A stretch of DNA of 64,000 bases from the human T2T-CHM13v2.0 reference genome, Homo sapiens: the NCBI RefSeq assembly GCF_009914755.1, contig NC_060935.1. One strand, written 5' to 3'. Numbering within the stretch: the first letter of the stretch is position 1; each line of letters starts with the position of its first letter. Made by a program: the position numbers and the translations under genes. Shown here in pieces: positions 1 to 14,299 of the stretch. The notes under the pieces are model-generated. The model was given only the letters and a program-made list of their open reading frames with translations, was not told where the DNA came from and ran no database searches.

Positions 1-964
1 TTTTGTGTGCAATTAAATAGGAGAAGTCAGTTCACAAAGCTTACCATATTTTAAACTTTTCTAGGGAAATATACAATGATACAGAAAAGAGTAAAAGAGG
101 ACATTGGCAAGCATTAATTAATTGACAAAGTTAAACACAAGTGCTGAAGGCTGAGAAAATTTAATTAAGGCATTTTCCCAACCTTGTGTTGTTTTATAAT
201 GTCCACATTAGTCAAATGAAGCTAACAAGAATAATGAAAACTAGATTTTGGCTAAAAAGAGATAAGGAATCTCACTGTCATTCAAATTATTTGGCAGATT
301 ATATAATTCTCCTGAGACTCAGTTTTCTAAACTGTACAATGAAGAATGCTGATTCCTTACTTATCTCAAGGAATTGTTGGATAAAATGTAATGAAACATG
401 AAAATTATCTAAAAACTGTAAAGACTTATATAAGTGTGAGTTATATACTTCTAAGTCAGCATTTACCACTAGAACAATATAAATATTACCATGAAAAGAT
501 TCTTATTCAGTTAAAGGTTGTAGGTAGAAAATTAATTAAAATTATTTAAATATAAAGCAAATTGAAATATTTATCTTTCAATTTTTTAAATAAATTAGCA
601 GTCTAATTTGTCATGTATGAAGAAAGATGTTTTTACTTTTTGAATGTAAGTCAGTAACAAAAATATTTCTCATTTATTATTGTCATTAGTACCAAGCTAT
701 GAAATTTTAAATTGATTAATGAAACATTTAAGTTTATCTTTAAATATATTTCTTGATACATTCTTGATGTGTAAGAAAATTGGATTTGATATAACTATAT
801 TTTGAAACAAGAGGAAAAAGCTCCAAATATAAAATTACCGTAAAATGACAGTAATGTCATCATATCAAGAACACTAAATATGTGATCATCTATTGAAATA
901 TAACTTTCAAAATTATCCTACATGTACACTTAAAATAACAAAAACAACAAAAGTTACTACTTAC

Positions 965-1109
965 TCATTTAGTATTAGATCAGGTGCAAAATACAGCATC
1001 TGCCCACTGACGTGTTTGTAGGATCTCCATCCTAGACCAAACACCATTAAGCTCATCCAAGAATACTGAATGAGAGTTATCTGGTCATCAATATGTAAGT
1101 TTCGAAAAC
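965..1109 (-). CDS. PGR: Progesterone receptor exon 5 (ligand-binding domain)
   Basis: Minus strand gtag|GTTTTCGA...AAATGA|gtaagt, 145 nt; translates (G)[48 protein letters not shown], the PR LBD; phase matches exon 4. Not in the ORF track. Confidence 0.98.
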
Positions 1110-1810
1110 CTACAAAACAAATTTAAAAATACAGTGACCATAAAAATGACTGAATTATCTCAAAAATGTTGAAAATACATATAAATCTGAAAATAGGTAT
1201 GCGTAGGGTAATATAATGTTTTCAATCCCAACATATTTTACACTGAAAATCAGAAAACATTAATAAATAATACAGCCTAAAATATCAGCAACTTTGGAAG
1301 TCACTTGAAATTAGTCACTGTGATTTAGCATTTCTGGGATTTTGCTAAGTGAATCCATCATCCATCACTCATTCATGCAACACCCATTTAATAAGAACCA
1401 TTTGGGTGCCAGGCACTGTATAAAAATGAAGATGAGTAAGAGTCAATCCTAGCCTCAAAAGCAGCTCACAACTCAACAGGAGAAACAAGCACATGAGTGC
1501 TGGGGTAGAGAAGGTTAAAAGGGAGTGTATCAGTCAATCGGGAGGGAGGTCAGGAAAAACTTTCTAGAAAAAAAGAGAGATAATGCCTGAATGGAATATA
1601 ATCAGTTCGTTAAATCTCAGTTCTTTGGGATTTAAACATAAACTGGTCTTACTTTGTAAAACCACTGCTTTCAGTTGTGTTATATCTAATTTTCTTTTAA
1701 CAACCCTTAACTATGTCGGGTAGATTCCACAGTCATCAGGTCACTTTCGTTCTCTGAAACTTAATCCAGTCTTGTTTTAAACTTCCGTGTGGCTTAAGAG
1801 ATTTAGAATC

Positions 1811-1837
1811 TGTGTGTGTGTGTGTGTGTGTGTGTGT
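1811..1837. repeat. (TG)n microsatellite
   Basis: Uninterrupted tgtg run. Confidence 0.95.
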
Positions 1838-1989
1838 ATTGGGGGGTATGGTGTGAATGCTTTGGTCTTTCATCCTCTTTTAGGCTGTTCCATGGTGTTG
1901 GTGGCAGAAGGATGGCAGGGAAAGGGCAAATGAATCTTGACTTAATCATCAGAAGTCTCTCCATGTCTTCCCAATTCTCAAGGGAAGAT

Positions 1990-2640
1990 CACCAGTTCAA
2001 CAATGAGTAACTTAAAGGTGGGAGAAGCAAAGATGTGTTTAGAGATGTAGGCTGGGTCAGATCATCCAAGGTCTTGCAAGTCTATTAAGGAGCAATGGGA
2101 GTGACATAGCCTTGCATTGTAGATGGATCATTCTTAGCTATGTGGTAGGTGGATTCAAGGGAATAAGTCTGGAGTTAGGGAGGACAGTTGGGAGATACTG
2201 TCAAAGCCCAGGTGAGAGATGATAAAAGCCTGAAGTAAGTCAAGTCAACACATTGGAATTAAGAGGAGAGAGTGCATCAGAAAAATATTTAAAGGGAAAA
2301 ATAAAAGACATTTGTCAACTGATTGCCGGTAGATGGGAAGAAGAAGGAATCAAATACATCTTTCAGTATTTGTCTTGAAGGGTAGATGATGATAACAGCA
2401 TTGCTGAGATAAAATAAAGGAGAAGAAACTTGCTAGGGAGAAAATAGTTTTGGATAGGATTCAGGGGTCAACATCCTGGTATCAGCTGCACATATGAATT
2501 AGAAGTATGGGGAGATATATGGGCTAAAAATATTAATATAAATTTGAAAGTTATTTGTATCTGAGTATAACTGAAATGATGAAAATGGAGAATTTTTAAA
2601 ATTAAAGGTATGGAGACAATGTTTTGCTGAGAACATCAAC
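1990..2640 (-). mobile_element. Degraded LINE-2 fragment
   Basis: Purine-rich L2-like motifs (ccaggtgagagatgat, gtctggag, tatctgag); boundaries approximate. Confidence 0.5.
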
Positions 2641-3000
2641 CACTTTCTATAAAGCTGTTTTAAAAACATCTATTTTCTCTAAAAATCCACTGATGTTCTT
2701 ACAAATAATCTGTTTCAAAAGTAAAACCAAAGCAAAACTTAATTCATTAGCTATCAAGAGCAAAAGAAAGTTATTTCCTGACAATGTTAATCATGTCAAG
2801 GTAGGTAGCAAAAAAGAAGGCTCTTCTCTTCATACACTTCAGATCGTCCCATCTTCATGTGAATAGTAGAAAAATTGCTACTCTCTTCTTAGAACTCCTT
2901 AGCCTCAATAAGACCAAAAACTCAAATGCATATTCATAATTAGAGATGCCATAGTGAGCATTTACCTTTTACTGAGAAGGGATGCTCTTCAATGTCTAAC

Positions 3001-3350
3001 CTTTTCTCCTTCCCACCTTTCCTCCCTCCCCTTCTCCCTCCTTTCTTCCCTCCCCTTCTCCCTTTCTTCCCTCCCCTTCTCCCTTTCTTCCCTCCCCTTC
3101 TCCCTTTCTTCCCTCCCCTTCTCCCTCCTTTCTTCCCTCCCCTTCTTCCTCCTTTCTTCCCTCCCCTTTTCCCTCCTTTCTTTCTTCCCCTTCTCCCTCC
3201 TTTCTTCTCTCACTCCCTTCCTCCCTCCCTCCTTTCTTCCTTCCCTCTCTTTCTTCCTTTCCTCTTTTTCCTCCTCCTCCCTCACTGCTCCCTAATACCT
3301 TCCTGCTTTCCTTCTTTCCTTCCCTCCTTCCTTCCTCCCCTCCTTCCTTT
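3001..3350. repeat. Polypyrimidine/polypurine (CT-rich) minisatellite-like tract
   Basis: About 350 nt almost entirely C/T, with 21-24 nt units such as ctttcttccctccccttctcc. Confidence 0.95.
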
Positions 3351-4649
3351 CTCTGTGTGGGCAGAGTTCCCCATTGGTTGTAGTTTTTGCGAGAGCAAAT
3401 GCCTTACCTTCCTACTTTCCCACGGAGAAAGCTGGGTAAACCTCCTCCTTCTTTGGGCTTGGGGCATAGGTTTGGCCCATGGAACATATACTAACAGGAA
3501 TTTGAATCAGAAAATACTAAAGCAAAGAGAAAGATATGACTATTTATTCTTGATGTTGGTGGTGTCCAGATAATGAGAACCAATGGGAGGATTTGTGATG
3601 CTTGCTTTTTAGCCCTTCAGATGTGCCTTGGCTTCTGCCCATATTCTAAGCTTGTCCTCTAGCTTCTATTCAGTGAACCCCTGTTGTCCTCTCAGTAAAT
3701 TATTTTTTTTCTTTTTCTTTTGTTTTTAAAAGTCAGGGTTTTTTGTTGTTGCTTGTGTGTTTTATAATTAACATAGTTTATTTTTAATACTGGCATCCAA
3801 GAATCCTGGTTTACTCAGGTGCAGAAAGACTCTCTAACTAAGCAGCCAAAAAAATTTTTGGTATGCAAGTTTTATCATTTTTTAATTTGCATATGACTTG
3901 AACGTGTCTTCAAGTATAGGTCTACATAATAACTTTTTAAGAAAATTATAAAGCTCAATACAATAAATCTAATACATAAATGCTGCTTGTAAGTCAAATA
4001 TTTAAGAGACTATAAAAATGGGTAATTTTGTGATAAAATTTAGAATCATTTGACAAGAGATCAATGAATTGTCTTAATTTTTGAAAAGGAAGCCTTTCTA
4101 AAGGGAGGCACATATAAACCTCCCTATTGCTGATCTGTCTCAACAAATTGGAAGGCATTCAGGACAGAAGACCCAAGTTCCAGTCCTGGCTCTACCACTT
4201 ACTAACAGCCACTTTGGAAACATCACTTATTATCATTGAATCTAAATTTCTTCATAAGTAAAAATCACAATTCACAATGATAACTAACTCAGTGAGTTGC
4301 TATGAGACAAATGGGATAATTATGCACACTGTAGAACACTATGGAGATATTTATTATTGGTCTATCAATGCAACAGAATTGCTCATTGGAGTAATACTAG
4401 TATGAAATCCACCAGTCAGTTTAATGGGAAGTCTCTAATACTAAAACACAATGCCATAAAAAAAAGTGTTAGGAGGCATTTTATATATTATAGAACATAT
4501 AAGATAGAACTGAAGTATAAAAAATAATGGTGAAAAAATTTTAAAGATAAATTATGTGTTTGTTCTGGAATATATATTTTCCAGAATATATATTTTATGT
4601 GTGTTGTTATATATAACAAATTATATATTTCATATAATACAAAAAAATG

Positions 4650-4958
<309 letters not shown>

Positions 4959-5872
4959 TCATAGAAAGTTCGTTTTCATTAATCAGATGTATTAAAACAT
5001 TAACCAAGTGTTCACAATAATCTCCACAAATACATTTATTATTCTCTATATCTTTCTTGGTGAACTTTATAACTTTCTAAAAAAAGTATTTTATAATATT
5101 TAAATATTTGACTTAACTATGCTGTAATTTTTCACTTCAGGCATTTGTTTTATGTTAACCTTTGAGTAGTTTTAAACATTTAAACATTTTACAAAATTAT
5201 GTAAGAATTAAATTGTTCTTTATCCAAAAACAGATCCTGTCTACATTTACATGTTTACATTCACTTTATCCTACTCTTAGTTTTTGTTTTCGTCTTTTTG
5301 CTTTTTTCTTTGTTTTTGCATTCTGGGACTAGAAATCCAGGCTTACTTTTATTTTATGACAACATTAAAGGCAAATCTTATTACAATAACTTTAAATTTA
5401 TAAAATTACCAATATTTATAGCAGAAACTATATTTCTGTTTGTTTGACAGAATGGAATAGAACTCAGAAAATAACCTTTATTTACTCCACCTTTTACAGT
5501 GCTTATCTGTGATAAATGTACAATGTTAAATTGACTTGAACATGCCTAGTATAGAAATGCTATTTTTTTCCTTATTAACTGTAATATCATTCATTACTTT
5601 ATGCTGAAACAAAGATGGGAACACAGAGATTAAATTCCCAATGATGATAATGATCAGGTAAACTTAGTACATTTGAGATGACCAAAATGAAAAACCTTCA
5701 CATAGAGAAGTGATGGATTATCACTAATTGTGTTTAACAAATGTTAAAAAAAAAAAACACTCTTTTCCTTTTAAGTGACTTGACCTGATAATTTCTGACA
5801 AAAGCCCTGTTACAGCTGTCCAAATTTAGCTTAAAGAATTAACAGAAAGTATATAGTGAAGAGTTGGCCTGG

Positions 5873-6176
5873 GGCTGGGTGTGGTGGCTCATGCCCGTAG
5901 TCCCAGTGCTTTGGGAGGCGAGGCAGGAGAGTCACTTGAGGCCAGGAATTTGAGACCAGCCAAGACCCAGTCTCTACAAACCAATTTAAAAAGCTTGTCC
6001 AGGTGTGGTGGTGCACACCTGTAGTGCTGGGGAGGCTGAAGTTACTGGGGAGGCTGAAGCAGGACAATGGCTTGAGCCCAGGAGTTCTAAGCTGCCGTGA
6101 GCTACAATCATGCCACTGCACTCCAGCCTGGGTGACAGAGTGAGAGCCTATCTCAAGAAAAAAAAAAAAAAAAAAA
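5873..6176 (+). mobile_element. Alu (AluJ-like)
   Basis: Dimeric Alu with poly(A); degenerate TSD aagagttggcctg / aagatggcctg. Confidence 0.92.
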
Positions 6177-6569
6177 GATGGCCTGTATGACAGTACTACT
6201 AAGTTCCCCAATCTTACTCCCAGAGTTTTGATAAAATATGTAGGTTTTGGTTCTGTAAAAAATGTCATGTAATTGAAACAGATAATCTACAACAAAGGCA
6301 GAGCATTAAATATCTCAGCACCTTCTGACACAAAGCAACAACTTTCATACACAAGTATCAATGTTGAGAAGCACAAAGAAGCTTCAATATGATTAAGTAT
6401 AATCACCAACGTATGTTTGATGATTTATGCTGAATAAGAAGTTAATGTCTAATAATCTAAGGTAGTATAGTTCTTTGCAAATCAATTCTGTAATTTAAAT
6501 TTCTATAAATATTCTTTAACCATCTATTTGGGAGGAAGCATTATACTTGCAATTAGGATCAAGGTTAGA

Positions 6570-7780
6570 AAGATGCTGTTTCTGCCTTTAACACTATAGG
6601 CTTGTGAGACAGATAGAAAAGTAGAACACAATTGTAACTCAGAGTCATAGTGTTATGGTTGACAAGCACAAAGGAGACAAGGGAGGGTACAGGGTTTCCT
6701 CACCCAGTCTAGGAAGGCTCAGAGAAATCTTCCCAGAGCAAGTGACAAGTAATGCGAATCCTGAAAGATAGTTACAGGTCAGTCAAAGGAAGACGTGGGA
6801 AAAGAGATGGGCTGCCAGGTAGGAAAAATAATATGGGCAAGAGAAGAAGGCTAGAATTTGAGCAAACAGCATTTAGGGAACTAGATCTTAGAGTCGTGTG
6901 AAGAGGAATGATGAGAGATTAACACTGCAAATTCAGGAGCCAGATCACAGAAAGCCCTTGGATATTGAGGCCATGGAGTTTGGATGCTATTTGGAAAAAG
7001 AAATGGAAAATATGATTGATTAAAATTGTTTTAGAAAAATGATTCTGGGGGTAGAATAGAGGATCATTTGGGCGCCACGTGAAATTGATGGTAATAGAAT
7101 CAGTCAGGAGGCTGCAACATGAATCCAAGTAAAAAAAGACCAGCACCAAACTAAGTCAGGGAAGTAGCAACAGAAGTAGCATGTATAATGAATCATATAT
7201 TTAATAAGTGGAGTTGATAGAATTTGACAATTTATTGGGTAAGGGGTGAAGGAGAAACTGAGCCAAGGATGATACCAAAAATTCTTGCTGAGGTGCCATT
7301 TCAAGATACTGGAAAAGGCCTTAGGTTTAGGGGGTCATGCTAACTTAGAAGTCATCTGGGTGGAGCTGTGTAATAAGCAGTTGAAAGTTCAGTAGTTTTG
7401 TAGAGGGTCTGGCTAATATTATGTATTTAGGAGTCATCGAAATATAGTGGTAGTTGAAGACAAGACTATGAATGAGCTTATGCAGACTGTGTAGAGTGAG
7501 AAATGACTGGAAAAGATAGAACCCAGAACACAAACAAATTTATAGTGTGGGTGGAAGAACAAATCCACACAGGAGTCGGGAAATGTACATAGGGAGAGAA
7601 ACATATCTACCTGGAAGGGGAGTGACAAATACCTAAGCAAGAGTCTTAGCAAGAAATAGTTACTTCGCCAATAGTCCCAGAGGTAGGTGAAACACATTAA
7701 GGGCTGGAAATATTCATCTAATTTGACAAGTAAAAATTTTTGTTGCCACTGGCAATCATAATTTCAGTGGAATAGGGTGT
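6570..7780 (-). mobile_element. Degraded LINE-2 fragment
   Basis: L2-like motifs (ggatgataccaaaa, ttaggagtcatc, tttcagtggaatagg); boundaries approximate. Confidence 0.55.
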
Positions 7781-9067
7781 GAGAAAAACCATGGTTTAGT
7801 CTTTATCAACACATTTATTAAGGCCTTTACTCTCAGTATGCTACTCTCATTTCTCTCTCATCATTTTTTTCTGGAGAGCAATAATTTAATTTAGTCTTCT
7901 GATTCGGGAAGGAAGAGAAAAAATCCTCTGTCAAGATGCAATGACTCACTGACTCAAAAGTTGTTTTGGCACGCTTCAAAAGCAGAAAAATGAGGCAAAA
8001 TACTGTTCTAATATTCTGATACTGATAATTGCAAGTAGTCTGGTGAAATGACACAAAGAATAAAGTATGTCCTAAAAAATGCAAGGTTTAAAAATTCAAA
8101 GCATTGACCTAAATGGAGTTTTCACTAAGTTAACTGAAATATCAAGACAAAATTTATGCAACGGAAGTGTTTCCCTCATACCCCCTCTGTCACATCAATT
8201 TCACTGCAACGTATTGATGTACAGGATGAGGACAATTTAAAGGTGACACCGAATTGTGAATTAGTACTTTTAATTTAAACTCTAACATCTACAGTAATTT
8301 TTAAGACCCTCCTTGATCAGCCTATAACTTACACCTCTAAGTTTACTTTCCATTATTCAGTTCAAAATAAATTTCTTTTCAATGGTTTCTTACCATTTGG
8401 GTGATTAAATCTCCCGAAGGCCAGTACTTACTGTAGCAGTGTCCGAGGGACTGTATGTACAAATGTGTTTTCTCAATCCATAGCTACTAAAAGCTTTAAT
8501 TACTACCCTATGGGGAGACTATAAAATTTTTGATGTTACTAAGGGACCCCCCACACTTGAAAAGGTTGAGAACCATTAATATGCTGGTTTAATGCATTAT
8601 TCAGCAAACCTATCTCATGCTTTTCTTATTTCAGCCATACTGTTCCTTCTATCTAGAATGCTTTCTCTTATCATGATTTATCAAAGTCTTGTTTCTCCTG
8701 TAAGATGCAGTTTAACTGACATTTTTGTCTCTGAAGGCTTCTTTAGTCCTTGAAGCCAAAAATGTTCTTCTGTCCCCACTTTCATTATATCTGTATCTTA
8801 TATCACTTTCACATAACACTATAGTTGTTTGGGTATCTTCTCTCTGCTACTGGATTGAGAGTTCCTTAATAGAGGGAATATGTCTTGTTCATTAAAAAAA
8901 TTCAAATATCGTGTTGCTCTACATTTCAAATAAGAAAATATTGCCCACTAAGGCTACAGATAAAAGCCCATGCAAAATCACTCATTTGCAATGTATCCTA
9001 AGAGATGGTTTATAAACGTGCTGACATAAGGCTAGAGCATCTTGCAAGTCTCTATTAAAGTAAAAGG

Positions 9068-9436
<369 letters not shown>

Positions 9437-9698
9437 CTACCATTATTATAACAGATCCAAGATAATGGAAGAGTGTAGACAAAGAAGAAATGAGAAAGCC
9501 CTACCAGGCAATAAGAATTCTTAGGGCACCTGCAAATATATGCCTAGGTGTCTTCATAAACGCTGTCACCTTTGTTATGATGGTCATTCTGCATCAGATC
9601 TTAATGTGACTTTCCAAATACAGTTTCCTATTGTGAAAGAATGATCTGATCTGTTAATATATTCTCCTAGCAACATAAGTATTATGTATATTTATATT

Positions 9699-9726
9699 GT
9701 GTGTGTGTGCGTGTGTGTGTGTGTGT
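9699..9726. repeat. (TG)n microsatellite
   Basis: tg run with one cg interruption. Confidence 0.9.
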
Positions 9727-11964
9727 CTCACTGTAAATAAGCAAGTTAGTTGACATTCTGGCTAATTAGTGAGGATCACTTAACAAAAGTCTGTCTTCCA
9801 CAGACTTATTAGTTTTATTACACATGAGTGAATGAACGAAATAAATTTCTTTTACATGCAAAACTGATGACCAGATGCTAGCATGTGCTGTACCAAAATG
9901 CATCCACACCATGAGCCCAGCCTTGTGGCTTTTCTTTCTAAACCACTGTATAATTATTAGATATTGAACACAGCAGGTACATAATAGACATTTATTGAGT
10001 GAATAAGTGAATAAAAACTGTAAGCTTATTTCAAGTCAATTGAAATCAGTTTTAAGTAGCTAATAATACTAAAGTACTTTCTATACATGTGTCCATCCAA
10101 GTCCTTTCTCAGAGGTCAAATAGTCACTCTAGCTCACTGACCATTTTCATAATTCATTCAATAGTGCTATTCCCAAAATGCAGACCATGAAAATATGGCT
10201 TTAAAAGTCCACAGGCCACAAGAGACTTTGATAATCTCAATGTTTCCCTGTTTGCAATTAATGGAAACAGTATGGGTAATACTAGTGTTGCCATTATTCT
10301 GATTTACTACACAAAAATTACATTTTGCAGCATTAAAAAAGTTGCCACCAAATTCAATGTAAGAGTTTTCTCTCATTCCTTTTTGTGGTTGTGTGGGGGT
10401 CAAAAAGTCCTGATAGATAACGGTTTCCGGTTAAAAAGGTCACTTAGCTTTTATCCAAAGTGAATAAGTCATCTTTTCAAGTATAACTGGTTATTTTCTA
10501 ACGTTACCAGCTGATGCTAGAATCTTTTTAAATAGTAAAGAACCTCCAAAATTGCAAACAAAAGGAATATAAACTATATCAACAAAAACCAGAGAAATCA
10601 TATTTTCCAAATAATAGAACAATGGAGAAAAATTAAACACATGTTTAAACACTCATTTTTAAACAGAAAAAGTTCATCAATGCTATTGGGTTATTTTTAT
10701 TTATTAAAGCTCTGTCAAGTTTGATAACCACTATGTGATAAATCTTAAACATTTAGAATGTTCAAAAAATTATTGTCTGTTTAAGGCCTTTTGGTGAGAC
10801 TGAAGCCAATAAGAATCTGGGCATTTTGATTTTTCTATAAAATTACTTCATCTCCACTAGAATACTGAATTCTATTAACTTTTCTTAATATGTATTTTTT
10901 GAAAGATTCAACAAACAGGTATCTATTTTTCTTTCTGTTTCATGTAATTGAATTTTCAGTAACAATTCATCTATTGTATTTCAAACCTTTTAGGTAGAAT
11001 AATAACTGAGAATTATATTAAGGAGAATTGGGAAGAAATTCTTTTTCTAAAAGTGCCATTGAATTTACTTGGGGACTAAAAGGACATAATATGTTTAATT
11101 CTTGATCAGATATTAGAAAAATAATTTGTCTATAGCAGTATAAGGGTATTACTGATGTGAAGAGAATGTAGTTTTTTAAAAAGTTCTATTTCTAATTATA
11201 GGAGTAATGCCTTCACAAACAATTGCTATACATGTATTCTCCTGGCTCTGCAGTCTAAGATTTAACCAAGTGAGAATTTCATCCTTGTTATTCTTTCAAG
11301 TACTTGGCTCCTACAGAGCTGTGCTGAGGGAGCAAAAATAGCTGATAAGTAAAGTGACTGAAATTCTTCTGTGATGATATAATCCAAGTTCTCTCTGTTG
11401 CTGGGCGATATACTCTCTTTGGGTATAAATTAGAGGAATAGTGACTAGAGATTCTTTTCTCTGTGTGCTATTATTTTTTAAAGTAATTTACGTTAGGGAA
11501 TTTTGTTTTCTTAATTTACTTTTGACACCTTACTGTACTCTGAATACTACTTTGATTTGTTATATGACTTTATACATTCAGTTTTATTTTCAACCAAATG
11601 AGGTTGGTTGAATTAAGGGTTAGAATAAATAGGGCATTTATAAAAAATGGTCCATTTATCATTTCTGAGCTACTCTAATATCTGTGGTTGAACACATAAA
11701 CCTAAGCTATTTCTTATTAGCATAAGTTTAATGTATGCAATTTCTGACTCATCAGTAAGACTCAGTGTGTTCTCTAATTTTTTATATTTCTGTAACACAT
11801 ATTAGGGTCCTAGACAAATATTTTGAACTGCTCAAACACATACTATCACATACTGTTTTATATTGTAGTTAATTTACTGCATAGAGTGTTTTATTTAACA
11901 ATGTACTAATACAACAAACATAGTATATTTTTTATTACATGCTGTATATAAAAATTATTATTAC

Positions 11965-12270
11965 CTGGCAATGATTTAGACCACTTGACTACTGAAAGAA
12001 GTTGCCTCTCGCCTAGTTGATTAAGACTTGTCAGCAAAGAACTGGAGGTGTCAGGTTTTGTGTTGTCATGTCCTGCATAGATCACATCTGGTTCAATGCT
12101 CATTAACAGGTTGATCAGTGGTGGAATCAACTGTATGTCTTGACCTGGTGAAAAAGTGAATCTCTGGCTTAGGGCTTGGCTTTCATTTGGAACGCCCACT
12201 GGCTGTGGGAGAGCAACAGCATCCAGTGCTCTCACAACTCTGACTTTATTGAACTTTTTAAATTTTCGAC
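11965..12270 (-). CDS. PGR: Progesterone receptor exon 4 (hinge, [11 protein letters not shown], start of LBD)
   Basis: ttctctgtag|GTCGAAAA...CCAG|gtaata, 306 nt; (G)[31 protein letters not shown]...VVKWSKSLP(G). Confidence 0.99.
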
Positions 12271-12319
12271 CTACAGAGAAGAAAAAAAAGAAATTCATGT
12301 AAATATATATAAACTCCAT
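12271..12319 (-). CDS. PGR: Intron-3-encoded 16-aa N-terminal leader of the truncated PR-M isoform ([16 protein letters not shown])
   Basis: ATG at 12319-12317 in strong Kozak context (G at -3, G at +4), in frame with exon 4; fits my recollection of the described PR-M leader derived from distal intron 3. Confidence 0.7.
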
Positions 12320-13543
12320 ATCCCAGTATAGTATTATTTTTCCTAAGTCTTAGAATCATAGCATTATGCATTTTAGCATCAATCGAATGAAATGAAATAG
12401 AATAAAAGTGTTAGATATTAAAATTACAAAAAATAAATTAAAACATGTAACTAACTCTTGATTAAAAAAAATTTAGGCCTCAGACTTGGATTAAATAATT
12501 AGTTACATCAACAATCACTGGGTGGGTGAGGTGTGGGTAATTATACCAGTATTCTGCAGGGGTCATGGAGCTTTTTAGGAGAAGATATGAATAAAAAGAC
12601 AAAGAGTTTTAGTAGCGACTACGCTCAGTATTGGTCCATATTCTGATAGAACAGCCTTCCAAAATCTAATGCTACAGACTACATTAATTGAAACTTAGTC
12701 TATAGTGGTTGTTAAATCTTCTTTGAGGTTTTGTTCTTTTAAGAATATGTTAAAAGAAAAGCATTTGTTTGCCAGCCCCACAAAATCTTTTTATACAATT
12801 TCAGTAGGTTCATTGATCCCTTAAAATCAATCCAGCTCTACTTTTATGAGATCTAAGACTCAAAATTAATAATCCTTTTTCTAAATTAAGGAAAGAGAAA
12901 GTTTATACCCGTGCTGGTCAGATCACATTTGTATTTCTGGATGATTTCTGGAGTTTCTACTTTGATGAATTCTGATATGTTAGGGGAAAAAGATGGATGG
13001 TGAGATGAGTAGAATCTGCTTTATGAGAAATGATTGAAGGAGAAAAGGATGCTTATTTGGGCTGCTGGTAGTTCACAGACGCCTTGAGGAGAATTAGAGA
13101 AAGTTCTGGTGATGTGATATCAGGCTGGATTCAGCCCCACCTGCTTTGTGCCAGGCAAAGGCTACTTATCAGTATGAAGTAGCTGTTTAGCCAAGGGAAG
13201 GCTGATACCTGCAATTATCTAAGCAGAGGTTGCAATCTGCTGGCTCTAGTATCTGATCATGCCCATAGATACATTTTGTTTGGCTCAGACAATGCTGACC
13301 AGAATTATGAGACCATCCGTGAATTACTTAGGTGGCAACAATCTGTTAAAGTTTAGTTGCAATGGTTGCTTTTGGATGGGGCATGTGTATTCCAGTTTTT
13401 CCAGTTCCCTCCACAAACTGGTGGTACGCCAATGGTCTCTTTTCTTAAGTCTTGTCACTCTAGCTACTTATTTACCTGGTCTCTGTAAACATTTGTCTCT
13501 GAGATTTCTGAACTCAGGGTATTGTCATAAAGAAAAAGGATTA

Positions 13544-13890
<347 letters not shown>

Positions 13891-14299
13891 AGCCCCAACG
13901 AGTTGAGCTAAAACTTGTAGGAGATGGGAAAACAAAACAATTGCCATGGTTAAAAAACAAAGGGGATTCAAAATTATTTGCAGAGATCAAATGAGCTTTC
14001 TGGGGGAAGGAATGAGTCACAAAGGGAAGGGAAGGAACAGTTATGGAGTATATAGCATATGCCAGGAATTGTGTGTGTGTGTGTTTGTGTCTAAGGGAAG
14101 ATAATGTTAAGAAGAGGGCTAAAGTTTCCCTGTCCATGACTATAATCTTCAACAAAGGCACCACCTGTTTGTCACCTTTATTTATTTTTTCCAGTGTCTT
14201 TTGGCAATACATGTCTGCTAAATGAATGAAGGAATACATTATTGTCTTTTCCATCTCCCACTCTGAATATCTTGTCTTTATTATCTGTTGCTGTATGGT

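Noticed and set aside
1-964. PROGINS Alu insertion and PGR exons 1-2, 6-8
   Set aside because: Not in this window: exons 6-8 and intron 7 lie to the left, exons 1-2 to the right.
2954-3573. Long ORFs rich in L/P/F/S or R/E/K/G
   Set aside because: Artefacts of the stop-free CT/GA repeat; no splice or coding context.
4563-4586. Palindrome ttctggaa-N8-ttccagaa as a STAT site
   Set aside because: TTC-N2-GAA spacing is not a canonical GAS motif; lies in AT-rich low-complexity DNA.
5831-6268. 145-aa ORF and similar ORFs at 13541, 30746, 33812, 37816, 39454
   Set aside because: Antisense Alu translations, not genes.
11589-11612. 9-bp inverted repeat ttcaaccaa-N6-ttggttgaa
   Set aside because: Short enough to occur by chance in 64 kb; no supporting context.
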